DNA of 64,000 bases from IMG/VR virus record IMGVR_UViG_3300023296_001253, one strand, 5' to 3'. Numbering within the stretch: the first letter of the stretch is position 1; the number at the start of each line of letters is the position of its first letter. Source of the stretch: a virus. The notes beneath the pieces are model-generated. The model was given only the letters and a program-made list of their open reading frames with translations, was not told the origin of the DNA and did no database searches. Below, in pieces: positions 49,037-58,655 of the stretch. Made by a program: the position numbers and the translations under genes.

Positions 49037-49478
49037 TAATACCTAATTTGTCTTCTGTGAATATCTGGAATTTCCATTTTCTATCTTTGCAATATTCATC
49101 TGCTGCTTTCCACTTAGATTTATTTATAGCCCATTGAGTTACTTCATTGATATATGATTTGGTTTTCTTTTTTCTAATCTTTGGTTCTTGTGTAAATCTT
49201 TCTGGTTTTACTTCAATTAAAAATTCTTCTACCTTTCCTTCTTTATTTATAACTTTAGCATAGAAATCAACAAAATATCTGTGATATTTACCATCAATTG
49301 GAGACTTGTATGGTATAACTATTTCCTCTGATGACCATTTTAATACGTTTTTATTACTATCAAGCCACAGCATCAGTTTTAGTTCATACGAACTCCTATA
49401 AATAATATTAGTATGATTGCCCTTATATCTTTCAGGCTTGTTGGGCTTAAAATAACCTTTGTAGTAGGATCTAACCAT
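49011..49478 (-). CDS. 4: head completion nuclease
   Basis: YKG...NIIYRSSYE...WSSEE..IPY.SP.DG..HRYF.DF...EVKP...N..KW.AA. Confidence 0.93.
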   Translation of the reverse strand: MVRSYYKGYFKPNKPERYKGNHTNIIYRSSYELKLMLWLDSNKNVLKWSSEEIVIPYKSPIDGKYHRYFVDFYAKVINKEGKVEEFLIEVKPERFTQEPKIRKKKTKSYINEVTQWAINKSKWKAADEYCKDRKWKFQIFTEDKLGINVGKRKKP

Positions 49479-50328
49479 GTCGTTAATATTTCCAAGTGAT
49501 TTAGGATCTAGATATTATTTATCTATAGATTTTAAAGCATATAGAAGATCTAGTCCATTAGACACGACAGTGTCTTTTGTAGAATCGTCTATGGTTAGTA
49601 GCACTAGAAATTCTACACTTGGAGCTTCAAGTAGAACAGGATCAGATTCTATAAAATTGCCTTTGCCAGCTACTCTTGTTGATAGTCAAAGTTTAAATTG
49701 GTCAGTAGAATCTATGAATGATGTAGCAGAAATGGTGATGGCTGAAAAAGCAGGATTTAATATTGGAAACATTGCTCAGGCTTCTGTTAAAGGTCTTTCG
49801 GCAGCAGCAGCAACTACCGGTGGCCTTGGCGCAGGCGTCCTAAAAGGATTAAGTACTGCTGCGCAGCAGCAAGCTGGTCTAGCTATGAATCCACTATTGA
49901 CTGTTTTATTCAAACACCCAGAATTTAAAACTCATCAATTCAGTTGGACTTTTTCTCCAAACAGCGTTGAAGAATCTGAAACACTAAAAGATATTATTGA
50001 AACATTAAGAATGGCATCTTTACCGAATAATTATGGATCAATATATGGTTATCCAGATATGGCTTTAATTAGATATTCTAATGAAGAACAGATGTATAAA
50101 TTTCAACCGGCTGTTATAACTAATGTAACTACAAATTATGCTCCAATGGGAGCTCCATCTTTCTTTGCTGAAAGCAAAGCACCAAATATGGTGACCATTA
50201 CTATGTCATTTTTAGAAATCATTTTAAACACTAGAGAGAGTTATGGATCAACAGACAAAGCTAAGTTTTTGGGCGGAGCTTCATCTACAAGCACTACAAC
50301 ATCAAAATCAAGAAGTCAGATAAACTAA
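49477..50328 (+). CDS. 48: baseplate tail-tube cap
   Basis: I.LPLP..L.D...NP....F..P.F..H.F.W.F.P....ES...NY.P.G...F.EI. Confidence 0.8.
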   Translation: MSLIFPSDLGSRYYLSIDFKAYRRSSPLDTTVSFVESSMVSSTRNSTLGASSRTGSDSIKLPLPATLVDSQSLNWSVESMNDVAEMVMAEKAGFNIGNIAQASVKGLSAAAATTGGLGAGVLKGLSTAAQQQAGLAMNPLLTVLFKHPEFKTHQFSWTFSPNSVEESETLKDIIETLRMASLPNNYGSIYGYPDMALIRYSNEEQMYKFQPAVITNVTTNYAPMGAPSFFAESKAPNMVTITMSFLEIILNTRESYGSTDKAKFLGGASSTSTTTSKSRSQIN

Positions 50329-50331
50329 CAA

Positions 50332-51249
50332 ATGGCAAAAAGTTATTTTCAAAATTTTCCAACTATAAAGTATCTTGGATATAATGCTACTGATATTATA
50401 TCAAATGCAAAATTAGTAAACAAGTATGTAAACATTCCATATGTTTATTACAAAATGTATTTGGATAAAGACCAGAGACCAGATCAGATAGCTGATGAAT
50501 ACTATAATGATCCTTATTATTCGTGGTTGGTTTATTATTCTAATAAAGTAACTGATCCATATTATGATTGGACTTTAACAGAATCAGATTTTAATAAAAG
50601 CATTGCTGTTAAATATGGATCAATAGAATTTGCTAAAAAGAAAATCTTGTTTTTTAGAACTAATTGGTATAATGACGAAAGAGAAATTTCTCAATCTGAT
50701 TTTACAAATAGATTTGGCACATATACAAGTCCACATAGTAATTATTGGAATCCAAAATATGATATCAATAATGGAACTTTAATTTCATATGTACGTAAGA
50801 TAAATGATACAGTAGTTCATACAAACAAACTGTTAAAAATTCAAGTATCAAATAATAGCACTGCAAATACTTCAAAATTCACTTCTGGAGATTTAGTTGA
50901 TATTAAACTCGGTGTTAATGAAGTAGGAACAGCAGAAGTTATAAAAGCTAACACTTCTGTTATATATTTAGAAAAACAACTTGGTGATATGGCTAATACG
51001 TATACAATACACCAAGATTCAAATACAAACATATATTGCACAGCAACTGAAATTAAAAGCTCATATGCTAATGGAGATACTTCGTGGACTAAAACCAATT
51101 TATCAAACGATGTTTATATTTATTGGGAACCAGTTTATGCATATGATTACGAAGAAGAACTTAATGAATTAAAGAGAAATATAAATCTTGTTGATGACGA
51201 TTTGGCCTTCGATGTATTCGATAAACTTAGAGAGTCAATGGAAGAATAA
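50332..51249 (+). CDS. 53: baseplate wedge subunit
   Basis: YF..FP...RPD.IA..YY.D..Y.W.V...N...DPYYDW...YE...NE.KR.I. Confidence 0.88.
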   Translation: MAKSYFQNFPTIKYLGYNATDIISNAKLVNKYVNIPYVYYKMYLDKDQRPDQIADEYYNDPYYSWLVYYSNKVTDPYYDWTLTESDFNKSIAVKYGSIEFAKKKILFFRTNWYNDEREISQSDFTNRFGTYTSPHSNYWNPKYDINNGTLISYVRKINDTVVHTNKLLKIQVSNNSTANTSKFTSGDLVDIKLGVNEVGTAEVIKANTSVIYLEKQLGDMANTYTIHQDSNTNIYCTATEIKSSYANGDTSWTKTNLSNDVYIYWEPVYAYDYEEELNELKRNINLVDDDLAFDVFDKLRESMEE

Positions 51250-52499
51250 TGCCACAAAATAATGATCCTGGTTCAGTTGAAATATCTGGAATTTCATTAC
51301 CTGGAGCCGGTGATGTTACAAAATTTCTTGTGTCGTGCACTGTAACAGAAAGCATAGATTCTCCTGGCGTCATCTGCAGACTTGATCTTAATCAGCAACA
51401 GGGTTTACAGGGAAGCATTACCGGTGGGGATGCTAAGATAAGATTTTCATCTGTTGATGGAAAACCAAGAACATATAATTTGGCCTTCAATAGTTTCTCA
51501 TCTGGTACAGATAGTCCTAATCAAAAAAATAAAAATCAAACAGTAGAACTTGTTTCTAATGATATGATAAAAAATTATACTAATTCAAACTATCAAAAAG
51601 CTCATAAGAATACTAAAGTCAGCGATATAATTACATCTACATTAAAAAATGGATTAAAAACTGATAAAAAAATTAATGTAAGTGATACAATAGGAATGCG
51701 TGGAACTGATAATATGACTTATGTGCAGACACAGCGCACTCCTATAGAACACATAAATAAGTTATCTAAGTTTAATGCTGTTGGTAAAAATAAAGATGAT
51801 AGTTTTGTTTCTTGGGTCGGTGTTGGTGATTCTGGTAAAGAAGAGTGGAATGTTAAAACTCTTTCTGAATTAACTAAACAGGGAACAGTTGCTTCATATA
51901 GAAATGATACAGTCTTAGAAAGAAATACGACGCTTGGTGGTGGAGATCAATTTACTATTTTACAAGTTATGAGAGGCTCTGGAACACAGACTATGGCAAG
52001 AGCTGCTGGGGGACATCACGAACAACCAACTAAGTTTAACATGACTGGAATGTCTGGTGATAGAGCTAGAAATCCTATAGGTGATGGAATGGAAAGCATA
52101 GCTGCTAAAATGGGACCAAATTCACCAGGAAGATCTTATGGCCAGGCCCCTGGAAAAGCGGCTACTCGTAGAATTAGTTGGGAAGATTCTAGAGAATCTG
52201 GAAATAATCTTGGTAATGTACCTGATACTTCTGCTGCCAGAAAATCAGGAGTTGATAACTTAAATCAAGGAGCTGTAACAGTTAAAGTTCCCGGAAATAG
52301 TAATATTAATGTTGGCCAAATGATTCAGTTGGATTTAAGAGAATCAAATGAATCTGGCATGAATTTAGACACAGATCAAAGTGGGAAACACCTAGTTGTT
52401 GGTGTTACTCATTATATTGGTCCACACACAGATAATCCGAGATATGTTACATACATAACATGCTCTAATATATCTGGTGCTGGAAAGAAAATGGCTTAA
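51249..52499 (+). CDS. baseplate hub gp27-like protein
   Basis: position between gp53 and gp5; VPGN.....G..I...SG..LV..V.H.I. Confidence 0.6.
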   Translation: MPQNNDPGSVEISGISLPGAGDVTKFLVSCTVTESIDSPGVICRLDLNQQQGLQGSITGGDAKIRFSSVDGKPRTYNLAFNSFSSGTDSPNQKNKNQTVELVSNDMIKNYTNSNYQKAHKNTKVSDIITSTLKNGLKTDKKINVSDTIGMRGTDNMTYVQTQRTPIEHINKLSKFNAVGKNKDDSFVSWVGVGDSGKEEWNVKTLSELTKQGTVASYRNDTVLERNTTLGGGDQFTILQVMRGSGTQTMARAAGGHHEQPTKFNMTGMSGDRARNPIGDGMESIAAKMGPNSPGRSYGQAPGKAATRRISWEDSRESGNNLGNVPDTSAARKSGVDNLNQGAVTVKVPGNSNINVGQMIQLDLRESNESGMNLDTDQSGKHLVVGVTHYIGPHTDNPRYVTYITCSNISGAGKKMA

Positions 52500-52511
52500 G
52501 GATAATATGAA

Positions 52512-52961
52512 ATGATGGGAATGGGAGAAGTTGTAAGTGTTGAAGATCCTCTTCGTGAAGGAAGAGTTCAGGTTCGCGTGTTTGGTGTTACAGATGATAA
52601 AAAGAACATTCCAGACAAAGAACTTGCTTGGTATCCAACAATGATGCCTTCTAGTAGTCCATCAATTGCTGGAGCTGGTCAGACTCATGCTCTTGAGGTT
52701 GGATCTAAAGTGTGTGTTATGTTTGCAGATGAAGAACAAAGAAGTGGAATTGTAATGGGTTCAATATATCCAGGAACGCAGTCTCCAAATTCTCTTCCGC
52801 CTTTATTTAAAGGACTTAAAGAAAAAGGACCTCCAATTCCAAAAGGATTTGATTTAGGACCAATGGGAGACATTAATATTATTGATAAAATAGGCAATTT
52901 CAAACAAACGTTTTCTAAATTGTTAGGATCGCTGCAGTTTTTTAAAAATTTATTACCATAA
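52512..52961 (+). CDS. gp5 N-terminal OB-fold module
   Basis: DPL..GRVQVRVFG......L.W...GS.V...F.D...G. Confidence 0.85.
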   Translation: MMGMGEVVSVEDPLREGRVQVRVFGVTDDKKNIPDKELAWYPTMMPSSSPSIAGAGQTHALEVGSKVCVMFADEEQRSGIVMGSIYPGTQSPNSLPPLFKGLKEKGPPIPKGFDLGPMGDINIIDKIGNFKQTFSKLLGSLQFFKNLLP

Positions 52962-52970
52962 GGATATAGC

Positions 52971-53567
52971 ATGGGAAAAGATCTAAATGATCCAAGTAGT
53001 GGATTAGTAAAAATTGGAGTTGGTAAGACGACCAACTTCGTAGAGAATGGTGAAAACAAACCATTTAAAGTTGCGAGCAAAGAGCATGGCGTTCTGGTTG
53101 CTGAGCCTAGACATGACCAAAAGAATTCTCCTGGTTATGTAGCGCCAAGTTATCCAATGGATAATAAGCCAGGAAACCACGTAACACAATATCGATCTGG
53201 TCATTTTGTAGAATTTGATCAGACTGAAGGAGAAGAGAGAATTCGTGTTGGTCATAAATCTGGGTCATATGCTCAGATGAACAAAGATGGTTCTATACAA
53301 ATAAGAACTGTAGCAAAAGATGGAAAAGGTGGCGATGCTTATGTTGCAGTTGATAAAGATTTCAATTTGAAAATTGCCGGAAATTTTAATGTTCATGTCG
53401 CAAAAGGTGAAATTCGATTTAAAACTGCCGGAGCAGCATATGTAGAAACTGGTGATCTTAATATAAAAACTAATGGTAATGTAAAATGGAACACCAGCGG
53501 CAATGTTAATTGGGAAGTAGATGGAAATTATACATTAAAAGCTACTCGTATAGACTTTAATCCATAA
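52971..53567 (+). CDS. gp5 C-terminal beta-helix module
   Basis: NHV...SGH..EFD.T.G.ERI...HKSG; V.GN repeats; ends RIDFN. Confidence 0.85.
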   Translation: MGKDLNDPSSGLVKIGVGKTTNFVENGENKPFKVASKEHGVLVAEPRHDQKNSPGYVAPSYPMDNKPGNHVTQYRSGHFVEFDQTEGEERIRVGHKSGSYAQMNKDGSIQIRTVAKDGKGGDAYVAVDKDFNLKIAGNFNVHVAKGEIRFKTAGAAYVETGDLNIKTNGNVKWNTSGNVNWEVDGNYTLKATRIDFNP

Positions 53568-53592
53568 ATAATAAATAACAACGAGGGTTTTA

Positions 53593-54015
53593 ATGACTAC
53601 ACGAGCAGACAGATATACGGCCAGCCGAACAGCAGAAGTCTATTTTTCTGATTTTTTTAATAAATTCACTAGCAATTCTAGAAGTGGGCAAATTAATCAA
53701 ATCACAAATGAAGATAGTGTTCGACAGGCTATAAAAAATATGGTTTTAACCAATCAGGGTGAAAGATTTTTTCAGCCTGGGCTTGGCGGTAATATTAGAA
53801 GAAGCTTATTTGAGCCTCTAAATGATTTTACAGCAGACGATTTAAAAGAAAATATAAATTTATTAATTCATCAAAATGAAGAAAGAGTAGCAGATCTTGA
53901 TGTTCAAATTAAAACAGATCCAGATAATAATGCTTATAATATAACTATATTTTTCACAACTAGAAATAATACAGTCGTAAACCAACTTGATTTAACACTT
54001 GTACGAGTAAGATAA
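53593..54015 (+). CDS. 25: baseplate wedge subunit
   Basis: V.Q.IKN.VLT..GER.F.P..G..I...LFE. Confidence 0.92.
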   Translation: MTTRADRYTASRTAEVYFSDFFNKFTSNSRSGQINQITNEDSVRQAIKNMVLTNQGERFFQPGLGGNIRRSLFEPLNDFTADDLKENINLLIHQNEERVADLDVQIKTDPDNNAYNITIFFTTRNNTVVNQLDLTLVRVR

Positions 54016-55842
54016 ATGGCAGCCAATTCATCACTTAGTTTAGTAGATCTTGATTTTGATACAATCAAAACAAATTTAAAAACATATTTAAAAGCTCAAG
54101 ATCTATTTAAAGATTATGATTTTGAAGGATCTAATATTAATGTATTATTAGACATCATGTCGTATAATACATTTCATAATGCTTTTTATCTGAATATGGT
54201 AGCTTCAGAATCATTTTTAGATTCTGCGCAATTAAGAAATTCTGTTTTATCACACGCAAAAGAATTGAATTATACACCAAGATCTTCTAGGTCAGCTTCA
54301 GCTGTAGTTGATATAGAATTTGAAGCAAACACTAGTGTAGTTACGATTCCAAAAGGAACTTCGTTCACATCATCTATTGGATTTGAATTATTTACTTTTA
54401 TTACAAACGAAGATAAAGTTATCACTTCAACAAACAACACTTTTGAAGTTTCAAATTTAAAGATTTTTGAAGGGCAGTATGTCATAGACGCCTTTATAAT
54501 AGACTATGAAAATCCAACACAGAGATTTGTTTTAGAAGATTCAACAATTGATACTCAAAGTATATATGTTACAGTTACTGAAGATGACACTGCTATTGTT
54601 AGAAATTATACGCTTGCAACATCTCTTCTTGGTTTAGGAGCATTAGATAATGTTTTCTTTTTACAAGGAGCAGAACAAGGAAAATATGAAATAATATTTG
54701 GTGATGGAATTATAGGAAGAAAACCAAAAGATAATTCTGTTATTGAGATTTCGCATAGAGTAACTAGAGGAAAAGAAGCAAATGGTGGAACTTTATTTGC
54801 ATTAGACGCTTCTTTTACATCATTTTTATCAACGCCAATAATAAATACTGTGCAGGTTTCTACTGGTGGAGCAGACCCAGAATCTATCGAATCTATTAAA
54901 TATTATGCCCCAAGATTTTATCAACTTCAAGAACGAGCTATTAATACAGCTGATTATGAATTGTTATTAAAGCAAAAGTTTCCAGAAATTAATGCTATAT
55001 CAGCGTATGGTGGAGAAGATTTAAATCCACCAGAGTTTGGTAAAGTTTATATTGCTATAGATATTTCTGGAATAGATAGTCTACCAAATTCTAAAAAAAC
55101 AGAATATTATAATTATTTAAAACCAAGAACTCCACTGTCTATTGATCCATCAATAATTGAGCCTTCTTATATGCACTACACTGTTGATACAACTGTAAAA
55201 TATAACATAAATTTAACAGCATTTACAGAAGAAGACATTAAAAGTAGAGTTTTAAATAAAATTTTAGAATATGATGTTACATATTTAAATGATTTTAAAG
55301 CAAAATTTAGGTATTCTAAATTTGTGAAATATATTGATGATGCTTGCGCTGCTAGTGTGATTAGCAATGATACAAATGTAGCAATCTATAAAAAAATATA
55401 TCCTTTGTTTGGAGTTCCACAAAATTTAGATATTATGTTTGAAACTCAATTAACAAAAGAAGTAGCAAAACTTGGAACTCAATACGACTATGATGATAAA
55501 GTTACATTATATTCTGATGATTTTGTGTTAAATGGAGAGCGCGTTAAAATTAATGATGATGGAATCGGAAATCTTAAATTAGTTAAAAGAATTAAAGATA
55601 AAGTTGTAGTTATTAATTCGTCGCTTGGAAGTGTTGATTATGAAACAGGAGCAGTAAAACTTCTTAATTTTAATATTGATGCTCTTACAGAACCAGAATT
55701 ACATTTTTATGTAATACCAAGAACTAAAGATTTTGAAACTAAGAAAAATATTTTACTACAATTAGATCCATCACACATTAAAATTAATGTTATAGGTGTG
55801 AGAGATCTAATTGGAAGTACTAGATCGACCTGTCAGGGATAA
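54016..55842 (+). CDS. 6: baseplate wedge subunit
   Basis: LDFD.IK.NL...DYDFEGS...LD...YNT...ESFLDSA.LR.SV...FGDG..G...Q.RA....DY. Confidence 0.95.
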   Translation: MAANSSLSLVDLDFDTIKTNLKTYLKAQDLFKDYDFEGSNINVLLDIMSYNTFHNAFYLNMVASESFLDSAQLRNSVLSHAKELNYTPRSSRSASAVVDIEFEANTSVVTIPKGTSFTSSIGFELFTFITNEDKVITSTNNTFEVSNLKIFEGQYVIDAFIIDYENPTQRFVLEDSTIDTQSIYVTVTEDDTAIVRNYTLATSLLGLGALDNVFFLQGAEQGKYEIIFGDGIIGRKPKDNSVIEISHRVTRGKEANGGTLFALDASFTSFLSTPIINTVQVSTGGADPESIESIKYYAPRFYQLQERAINTADYELLLKQKFPEINAISAYGGEDLNPPEFGKVYIAIDISGIDSLPNSKKTEYYNYLKPRTPLSIDPSIIEPSYMHYTVDTTVKYNINLTAFTEEDIKSRVLNKILEYDVTYLNDFKAKFRYSKFVKYIDDACAASVISNDTNVAIYKKIYPLFGVPQNLDIMFETQLTKEVAKLGTQYDYDDKVTLYSDDFVLNGERVKINDDGIGNLKLVKRIKDKVVVINSSLGSVDYETGAVKLLNFNIDALTEPELHFYVIPRTKDFETKKNILLQLDPSHIKINVIGVRDLIGSTRSTCQG

Positions 55843-55844
55843 TA

Positions 55845-58655
55845 ATGGAATTTTTTGAAAAGAAAATATCTCATTTAATTGAAGATCAATTTCCGGACTT
55901 CTATAAAGAAGAAGGACCGATATTTATTGAATTCGTCAAAAAATATTATGAATGGTTAGAATCAGATGGACAAATGATTTATCATTCTAGAAGATTACTA
56001 GAATATGGTGATATAGATGAAACAACTGATAATTTTTTAATTCATTTTAAAAATAAATATCTTTCATCCATTCAATTTGATACTGCTACAAATACAAGGC
56101 AGTTAGTAAAACATAGTTTAGATTTATATAGATCTAAAGGAACTTCTCAATCTATAGATTTATTTTTTAAAGAAGTTTTTGGAAAACCGGCTGAAGTTTA
56201 TTTTCCGGCTGACGATTTATTTAGATTATCATCTGCAGAATGGATTATTCCTATATATTTAGAAGTGTCTTATGAAGAGAATCTAAAAAGATTTATTGGA
56301 TATCAAATAATTGGATTAGAATCTAATGCTACAGCATATGTAGAAAAATATATTAGAAAAAAAATAAATGGTCGATATATAGAAATTTTTAGTATAACTA
56401 ATATAACTGGAAATTTTTATACAGGAGAAAAATTTACCACATCAACAACATCGAATTTAGAATCTGCAATAGATTTTAATCATCCAACTGAATTAATTGG
56501 TCCAACTATTATAGGTTCTTTAACTACACTTGATATAATAAATGGTGGTGAAAATTATAGCATTGGCGATATAGTAGATATTTATGCTGATAGCGGAATT
56601 CAAGGAAAAGCTAGAGTTGCTGGTGTTGGTAATACTGTTGGAGTCGTAGAATTTAATTTAAATGATGGTGGTTGGGGATATAATTCTAATTCGACATTAA
56701 TCATATCAAACAATGTGTTAAAAATAAGTGATCTTGTTATAGGAAGCAATAATAATTCTAATGGAACTTATAATCAATTTGAAACTATAGTTCAACCACT
56801 AGCAAATGTGTCATATATTGATTTAGCCGGCGAAACTTTTGCTAATGGAGATTTTCTTTATAGATATGATCCAGACACAGCAGATATAATATCAGAAGCT
56901 AGAATATTATCAGTTCTACCGGCTACAAATACTACTGGAAGTATGGTAATTTCTATGTATGCAGATAGATTTAATCCTGCTGCAAAACTTGAAACAGAAA
57001 ACAGTTTTGATATTGTTACTGAACGTGGTCTTGTTATTGGAGCTGAAAGCATTGAGTGGGCTGATACTCACCTCTATCATGATGAAGCAAATGCTGCTTT
57101 TGATTTTGCTGTTTTAGATGAAACATCAAATAGTATAATTGGAATTCAACAATCTACTTTTTATAAACATTATAGATTGGCTGGTCAAAATAACAGTTTA
57201 TTATTGTTTGAAGATGCCGCTGGGTTTGCTTTGGAAGATGAAGTTTCTAGTGCTGTTATATCATCTTTTGATGATATAAGTGCTGTTGCTAATGTTATGT
57301 TATCATCTTCTAATAATAATCTTTATATTACAGGAGCTGGCAGTACTAAATTTATAGCCGGAGAAGAAGTATATCAAAATAATGAATCTGCTACTGAGAT
57401 TGCTAATGCCACTATCGAATCAATTACATATTCTGGCCTTAATGCGACTATTAAAGTAATAGATATAAGTGGAGCGTTTACAAAATCACTTACATTAGAT
57501 TCTAGATTAACTACTGCAAACGGAGTAGTTTCAAATTTGAATTTAGATGTTGCAGTATATCAAGTAGAAAATACATTTTTATCAACTAATAATAATATTA
57601 TTATTGGATTATATTCAAACACATATGGTGAAGTTCAACCACCCATCGCTGGGGCTGGAGCAGATATATCAATATCTAATACATTTCTTTATAATCAATC
57701 TGTTAATATTGCTACAGATTATATTTATGATTATTTGCTTGTTGATATTGCTAACTCAGATTGGGGATTTAGTACACAAGCCAATTTGAATACTATAATA
57801 GCTAATGCTTTTTCATATGATATGTATACCTATGGAACAGTAAGTTCTATTACTCTTACTGGTTCTGGAGTTGGCTATGATAATATTCCTTATATTATTT
57901 TATTAGAGCCATCTATAATTCCATTTGAAAAAAGAGATTTTGTTGTTAATATTAGCAACACAACTTCTTTATTCTTAGTTGGTGAAGTCGTTCAACAATC
58001 GGGTAATAATAAAGGAATTGTTAAAAGTGGTAGTAATAGTAGTGTTTTATATCTAAAAAGAATAACATACGACGATACTTTTGATGAAACATTTAGTTTA
58101 GTTACAGAAGCTGGAAATTATTTATCAGAAGAAACAAGCGTTTTGCCAATTCATTCTGAGCAAGAAGCTACATTATTTGGAGTTCAAACTGGAGCTATTG
58201 CTAATATATTATCGTATCAGGAAGATACTATGTCAGCCATTTCTGGTTTTAATGCTAATATATCAACAAGCGTTACAACCTCTGTTGGATCTATAAGTAA
58301 CTTAGAAGTTGTTGATTCTGGTTATGGCTACTATCAAGACGAACCTGTAACTTTTTATTCAAATACAAACGCTAGTGTTGGGGCAGGATTATCTAATCTT
58401 GGAAATCATGGCAGTGGAACTGGTTATTATAAAAGAAATGATAGCCTATTAAGTTCTAATAAATATCTTCAAGATAGTTTTTATTATCAAGAATTTTCTT
58501 ATGAAATCAGATCAGCAATAACATTAGAAAAATATAAAGATATGTTAAAAAATATTTTACATATTGCAGGAACTAAATCATTTAGTAGATATGTATCTAA
58601 ATCAAATATTAATATAGGAAAGACTGCAAAAACAGCAGTGGTAACAATAGAATGA
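55845..58655 (+). CDS. 7: baseplate wedge initiator gp7-like protein
   Basis: QFP.F....F..F...YY.W...LY.SKGT; C-terminal LQDS.YYQ.FSY....H.AG. Confidence 0.85.
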   Translation: MEFFEKKISHLIEDQFPDFYKEEGPIFIEFVKKYYEWLESDGQMIYHSRRLLEYGDIDETTDNFLIHFKNKYLSSIQFDTATNTRQLVKHSLDLYRSKGTSQSIDLFFKEVFGKPAEVYFPADDLFRLSSAEWIIPIYLEVSYEENLKRFIGYQIIGLESNATAYVEKYIRKKINGRYIEIFSITNITGNFYTGEKFTTSTTSNLESAIDFNHPTELIGPTIIGSLTTLDIINGGENYSIGDIVDIYADSGIQGKARVAGVGNTVGVVEFNLNDGGWGYNSNSTLIISNNVLKISDLVIGSNNNSNGTYNQFETIVQPLANVSYIDLAGETFANGDFLYRYDPDTADIISEARILSVLPATNTTGSMVISMYADRFNPAAKLETENSFDIVTERGLVIGAESIEWADTHLYHDEANAAFDFAVLDETSNSIIGIQQSTFYKHYRLAGQNNSLLLFEDAAGFALEDEVSSAVISSFDDISAVANVMLSSSNNNLYITGAGSTKFIAGEEVYQNNESATEIANATIESITYSGLNATIKVIDISGAFTKSLTLDSRLTTANGVVSNLNLDVAVYQVENTFLSTNNNIIIGLYSNTYGEVQPPIAGAGADISISNTFLYNQSVNIATDYIYDYLLVDIANSDWGFSTQANLNTIIANAFSYDMYTYGTVSSITLTGSGVGYDNIPYIILLEPSIIPFEKRDFVVNISNTTSLFLVGEVVQQSGNNKGIVKSGSNSSVLYLKRITYDDTFDETFSLVTEAGNYLSEETSVLPIHSEQEATLFGVQTGAIANILSYQEDTMSAISGFNANISTSVTTSVGSISNLEVVDSGYGYYQDEPVTFYSNTNASVGAGLSNLGNHGSGTGYYKRNDSLLSSNKYLQDSFYYQEFSYEIRSAITLEKYKDMLKNILHIAGTKSFSRYVSKSNINIGKTAKTAVVTIE

